A DNA stretch of 63,819 nt, the filler included. It is 5 parts of 5 records of this genome, joined end to end, with 100 filler letters (N's around TTAATTAATTAA, not from the genome) between each part and the next. Parts side by side here need not be neighbours in the genome. Positions count along the whole stretch, not along the records: positions 54,446 to 63,819 come from DRR723986_3167; 4 more parts are not named here. One strand, 5' to 3'. The notes beneath the pieces are model-generated. The model searched no databases, was not told the origin of the DNA, and worked only from the letters and a program-made list of their open reading frames with translations. The position numbers and the translations under genes were made by a program. Shown here one piece after another: positions 60,410 to 63,819 of the stretch (the stretch's first letter is position 1; each line of letters begins with the position of its first letter).

Positions 60410-61162
60410 ATGGCAGAAGCATACGTAAAACAAACTATAGAAAACGAAGTAGGATACATTGAATTTTTTCATCCTGCTCATAACTCGTTACCAGGAGATG
60501 TATTAGCAAAATTGGCGAATACTATTGCAGAAGCCGGACAAAATGATGCTATTAAAGTTATTGTTTTAAAAAGTGGAGGCGATAGAACCTTTTGCGCAGG
60601 TGCAAGTTTTAAAGAACTCATTAATATTAATGACGAAGCTACTGGAAAGGTCTTCTTTTCTGGATTTGCTAATGTTATTAATGCGATGCGTAAGTGTCCA
60701 AAATTTATCATTGGTCGTGTACAAGGTAAAACTGTAGGTGGAGGAGTAGGTGTGGCATCTGCTACCGATTACTGTATGGCAACAAAATTTGCCGCTATTA
60801 AATTGAGCGAATTAAATGTGGGTATTGGTCCTTTTGTGGTTGGTCCAGCTGTTGAGCGTAAACTCGGTTTAAGTGGGATGTCTCAAATTGCCATTGATGC
60901 CAATAGTTTTTATCCTGCTGAATGGGCAAAACAGAAAGGCCTATTTACGCATGTTTTTGAGTCAACTGAGGAGTTAGATGAAGCTGTAAAGGCTTTTGCA
61001 GAGAACCTGTGTAATTACAACACAGACGCCATGAAGGAAATGAAGTACATGTTCTGGAAAGGTACTGAAGATTGGGATACCCTCTTAGCAGAACGTGCGG
61101 CAATTAGTGGTCGATTGGTGTTAAGTGATTTTACAAAAGAAACGCTTAAAAGATTTAAATAA
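60410..61162 (+). CDS. Enoyl-CoA hydratase/isomerase (crotonase family)
   Basis: FCAGA, VGGG oxyanion motif, SEL..GI.P. Confidence 0.88.
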   Translation: MAEAYVKQTIENEVGYIEFFHPAHNSLPGDVLAKLANTIAEAGQNDAIKVIVLKSGGDRTFCAGASFKELININDEATGKVFFSGFANVINAMRKCPKFIIGRVQGKTVGGGVGVASATDYCMATKFAAIKLSELNVGIGPFVVGPAVERKLGLSGMSQIAIDANSFYPAEWAKQKGLFTHVFESTEELDEAVKAFAENLCNYNTDAMKEMKYMFWKGTEDWDTLLAERAAISGRLVLSDFTKETLKRFK

Positions 61163-61165
61163 AAC

Positions 61166-61231
61166 TGTCATTCAGAGCGAAGCGAAGAATCTCACCAAGA
61201 GATTGCCACGTCCTTTGTCCTCGCAATGACA
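61166..61231. repeat. Inverted pair of REP-like units (REPIN/BIME-like)
   Basis: TGTCATT...GAATCTC-ACCAA-GAGATT...AATGACA; terminal and internal inverted repeats. Confidence 0.78.
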
Positions 61232-61240
61232 ATATTGATT

Positions 61241-61837
61241 ATGATTTACGAATTTCAAGGCTTTATCCCAGTTGTGCACGAAAGCAGTTTTGTGCACCCT
61301 CTAGCTGCAGTAACTGGTAATGTGATTATTGGTAAAAACTGCTATATCGGACCAGGTGCTGCGATTCGTGGAGATTGGGGACAAATCATTTTAGAAGATG
61401 GTGTCAACGTTCAGGAAAACTGCACAGTTCATATGTTTCCTGGAAAATCTATTGTGTTGAAAGAAAGTGCGCATGTGGGTCATGGTGCTGTAATTCATGG
61501 AGCCAATTTGGGTAGGAATTGCTTAATCGGAATGAATTCAGTAATAATGGATGATGCCGAAATAGGTGATGAATCTATCGTTGGAGCCATGGCATTTGTA
61601 AAAGCTGAAACTAAGATCCCAAAACGGAGTTTAGTGGTAGGTAATCCAGCCAAGGTGGTTAAGCAAGTGTCTGATAAGATGATTACCTGGAAAACTAAAG
61701 GAACCGAGCTTTATCAACAATTACCTAAAGATTGTCATGAATCATTGAGAGAAGTTGAGCCACTTAGAGAGGTTCCGGATAACATGAAAGTTCAGGATGA
61801 TGTGTATAAAACAATTCGTGAAACTTTTAAGAAGTAG
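61241..61837 (+). CDS. paaY: PaaY-like gamma-carbonic-anhydrase/hexapeptide-repeat protein
   Basis: IYEF.G..P.VH.S.FVHP.A, IRGD, NVQENC.VH, GHGA.IHG. Start at ATG 61241; the ORF-track start lies inside the REP. Confidence 0.82.
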   Translation: MIYEFQGFIPVVHESSFVHPLAAVTGNVIIGKNCYIGPGAAIRGDWGQIILEDGVNVQENCTVHMFPGKSIVLKESAHVGHGAVIHGANLGRNCLIGMNSVIMDDAEIGDESIVGAMAFVKAETKIPKRSLVVGNPAKVVKQVSDKMITWKTKGTELYQQLPKDCHESLREVEPLREVPDNMKVQDDVYKTIRETFKK

Positions 61838-61840
61838 AAC

Positions 61841-62314
61841 CTAAACTCTGCTCAAATCAATTTCATTGGTTTCTTTACCAGTAGATAATGTTATCAAACT
61901 CTGAACATTTCCCAAGTACGGTAAAAGTGTCAATTTTGAAATAATAAAATGTTCGTAAGCCTCTATATCTTCGACAACCAGTTTCAGTAAATAATCGAAA
62001 TTTCCACTAACACGATGACATTCAACAATTTCTGGAAAGTTGTTGATTTCAGTTACAAACTTTTCCAGATAACTCCTGGTATGCCCTTGAAGCGTTATGC
62101 CAATAAATACAGTTAGCTTTAGTCCAATTTTCTTATTGTCTAAAACAGCAACATATTTTTTAATATAGCCTTCGCGTTCAAGTTTTTTAATGCGTTCAAA
62201 AACCGGTGAAGTCGTCATACCTAGTTCTTCTGCTATGCTTTTTGTAGTGCGATTACTGTCTTTTTGCAGTATAGTAAGAATTTGAGTGTCAATTTTATCT
62301 AAAGCATATGACAT
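61841..62314 (-). CDS. Lrp/AsnC family transcriptional regulator
   Basis: LDKID.QIL..LQ.D, RIKKLE.EG.I..Y, ECHRVSG.FDYLL. Confidence 0.92.
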   Translation of the reverse strand: MSYALDKIDTQILTILQKDSNRTTKSIAEELGMTTSPVFERIKKLEREGYIKKYVAVLDNKKIGLKLTVFIGITLQGHTRSYLEKFVTEINNFPEIVECHRVSGNFDYLLKLVVEDIEAYEHFIISKLTLLPYLGNVQSLITLSTGKETNEIDLSRV

Positions 62315-62315
62315 A

Positions 62316-62458
62316 AGAATATAATTTTTTTAGTCTTAAGATTTGTAAATATAAAAAGAATAAAAAATTTTATAAACTATTTTATAAGGAATAAAAATCT
62401 TTATAGATTGTATTTAAAAGTTTTTAACATTATAAAAATTAGGTTTTAAGTATCTTTG
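62316..62458. promoter_or_regulatory. Divergent Lrp/E2 control region: phased Lrp-like boxes and a Bacteroidetes -7 element
   Basis: AGAATATAATTTTTT (62316), AGAATAAAAAATTTT (62357), GGAATAAAAATCTTT (62388); TATCTTTG (TAnnTTTG) at 62451. Confidence 0.5.
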
Positions 62459-62480
62459 ATGCTTGTAAAATATTTTCAGA

Positions 62481-63785
62481 TTGGCTAAAATTGAATTCAA
62501 AATGCCCAGATTGGGTGAAAGTATAACTGAAGCAGCTATCATCACTTGGTTTAAGAATGAAGGTGATTCTATTGAAGAGGATGAAATGCTGTTAGAAGTA
62601 GCTACTGATAAGGTAGACTCTGAGGTCCCATCTAATGTTTCAGGGGTAATCGAAGAAATCTTATATAAAGCTAATGACGTTATCAAAATTGGTGAAACAA
62701 TTGCTATAATTGAAAGCAACGGTGAGGTTACAGTTTCTAAGTCGAAAAAGGAAAGTAAGCCAAAAAAAGAACAATCCTCTAAAGAGAAACCTTCTAAATC
62801 TGTTAATAGGCCAAAGACCAAACCAGTTCAAACGGCAGAAAATTTTAGAGTATCAAATTCTAACAACTTCTTTTCGCCTTTAATTATTTCCATCGCAAAG
62901 AAACATCATATTAGTTTTGAAGAGCTGGCCAGAATACCTGCAACAGGTAAAGAAGGACGTTTAAGAAAGAGTGATTTATTTCAATATATAGAGGACGGTA
63001 GACCGTTTAAATTTGCACAACCAATTGTGCAAGATCCAACAGCATACCGCATACCGCAATTAACATTTGAAAAAGGAAAAGGGAAAATTGTAGAAATGGA
63101 CCGAATGCGTCAGATGATCGCTGATCATATGGTCTATTCCAAGCACACATCACCACATGTTACAGCTTATGTTGAAGCAGATTTAACCAATATGGTGAAT
63201 TGGAGAAATGCCAATAAAAAAGCGTTTCAAGATAAATATGGTGAACGGTTAACTTTTACGCCTTTATTTGTTGAAGCTGTCTCAAAAGCAATCAAGGATT
63301 TCCCAAGTATAAATGCCTCTGTAGATGGCAAGAACATTATAGTAAAAGAAGATATTAATGTGGGTATGGCAACAGCGTTACCTAGCGGTAATTTAATTGT
63401 GCCAGTAGTTAAAAATGCCGATTCAAAAGATTTATTAGAGTTGGCAAAAGACGTTAATGAATTGTCTGCCAAAGCTCGTGACAATAATCTAAAGGCAGAT
63501 GATATTCAAGGTAGCACCTTTACGATTTCAAACGTTGGTACGTTTGGGAGTGTCATGGGTACACCGATTATCAACCAGCCTGAGGTGGCCATTTTGGCTT
63601 TGGGAATCATTAAAAAGCGACCAGAAGTCATTGAAACAGAAAAAGGTGATGAAATCGCCATAAGAAGTATGATGTACTTATCACTCTCTTTTGACCATCG
63701 TGTAGTTGATGGTTTCCTAGGAGGAAGCTTTGTCCGTCGTGTGGCTGATTATTTTGAACAATTTGATATCAATAGAAAAATATAA
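62481..63785 (+). CDS. 2-oxoacid dehydrogenase E2 (dihydrolipoamide acyltransferase)
   Basis: Lipoyl domain EVATDKVDSEVPS, E3-binding segment TGKEGRL.K.D, catalytic DHRVVDG; TTG start. Confidence 0.92.
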   Translation: MAKIEFKMPRLGESITEAAIITWFKNEGDSIEEDEMLLEVATDKVDSEVPSNVSGVIEEILYKANDVIKIGETIAIIESNGEVTVSKSKKESKPKKEQSSKEKPSKSVNRPKTKPVQTAENFRVSNSNNFFSPLIISIAKKHHISFEELARIPATGKEGRLRKSDLFQYIEDGRPFKFAQPIVQDPTAYRIPQLTFEKGKGKIVEMDRMRQMIADHMVYSKHTSPHVTAYVEADLTNMVNWRNANKKAFQDKYGERLTFTPLFVEAVSKAIKDFPSINASVDGKNIIVKEDINVGMATALPSGNLIVPVVKNADSKDLLELAKDVNELSAKARDNNLKADDIQGSTFTISNVGTFGSVMGTPIINQPEVAILALGIIKKRPEVIETEKGDEIAIRSMMYLSLSFDHRVVDGFLGGSFVRRVADYFEQFDINRKI

Positions 63786-63790
63786 AGACT

Positions 63791-63819
63791 TGTCATCCTG
63801 AACTTGTTTCAGGATCTCA
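63791..63819. repeat. REP-like palindromic repeat, copy 2 (window end)
   Basis: Exact 29-nt direct copy of 54446-54474. Confidence 0.88.

Noticed and set aside
61166-61231. Palindromic ~29-nt repeats as CRISPR repeats
   Set aside because: No regular repeat-spacer array and no cas genes; copies are kilobases apart.
54446-63819. Terminal direct repeats as evidence of a circular element, prophage or composite transposon
   Set aside because: The content is chromosomal metabolic genes with no integrase, transposase or rep gene; the repeat is a short REP-like palindrome that explains assembly breaks.

Overview
This window is not one locus. It contains five unrelated contigs joined by artificial 100-bp spacers (N44-TTAATTAATTAA-N44). 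(1) 1-8379, alphaproteobacterial: an AmiC-like sensor and AmiR-like ANTAR antiterminator head an operon with a peptide/nickel-type ABC importer and an acetamidase/formamidase. A twin-hairpin/terminator leader precedes it, and a GntR/FadR plus ABC unit is divergent. (2) 8480-24639, high-GC Rhodobacteraceae-like: rpoE-chrR with the divergent RSP1091-1087-type singlet-oxygen operon, a split saccharopine pathway with a SemiSWEET/PQ-loop gene between its two enzymes, an M20 amidohydrolase, hrpB, gcrA, a DMT transporter and meaB. (3) 24740-43792, gammaproteobacterial housekeeping block: hslV, SPOR, argS, priA, rpmE, malic enzyme, mrcA, pilMNOPQ, aroK, aroB, gltB. (4) 43893-54345, a second Rhodobacteraceae-like contig: trpC-moaC-moeA-lexA, comEC, gltX, gltA, an RTX-repeat protein, a LexA-boxed PA0069-type radical SAM gene and a stand-alone corrinoid protein. 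(5) 54446-63819, AT-rich Flavobacteriaceae-like phenylacetate (paa) cluster with a PaaZ carrying an extra DinB/DUF1569-like domain, an Lrp regulator, a 2-oxoacid dehydrogenase E2 and REP-like palindromes. No CRISPR array, rRNA, tRNA, transposase or phage gene was recognised. The best leads are the atypical ANTAR leader with its orphan amide-uptake operon, the PaaZ-DinB fusion, the SemiSWEET inside the lysine/saccharopine operon, and the leaderless LexA-boxed radical SAM gene. All family and taxonomic calls come from motif recognition by eye, not from database searches.
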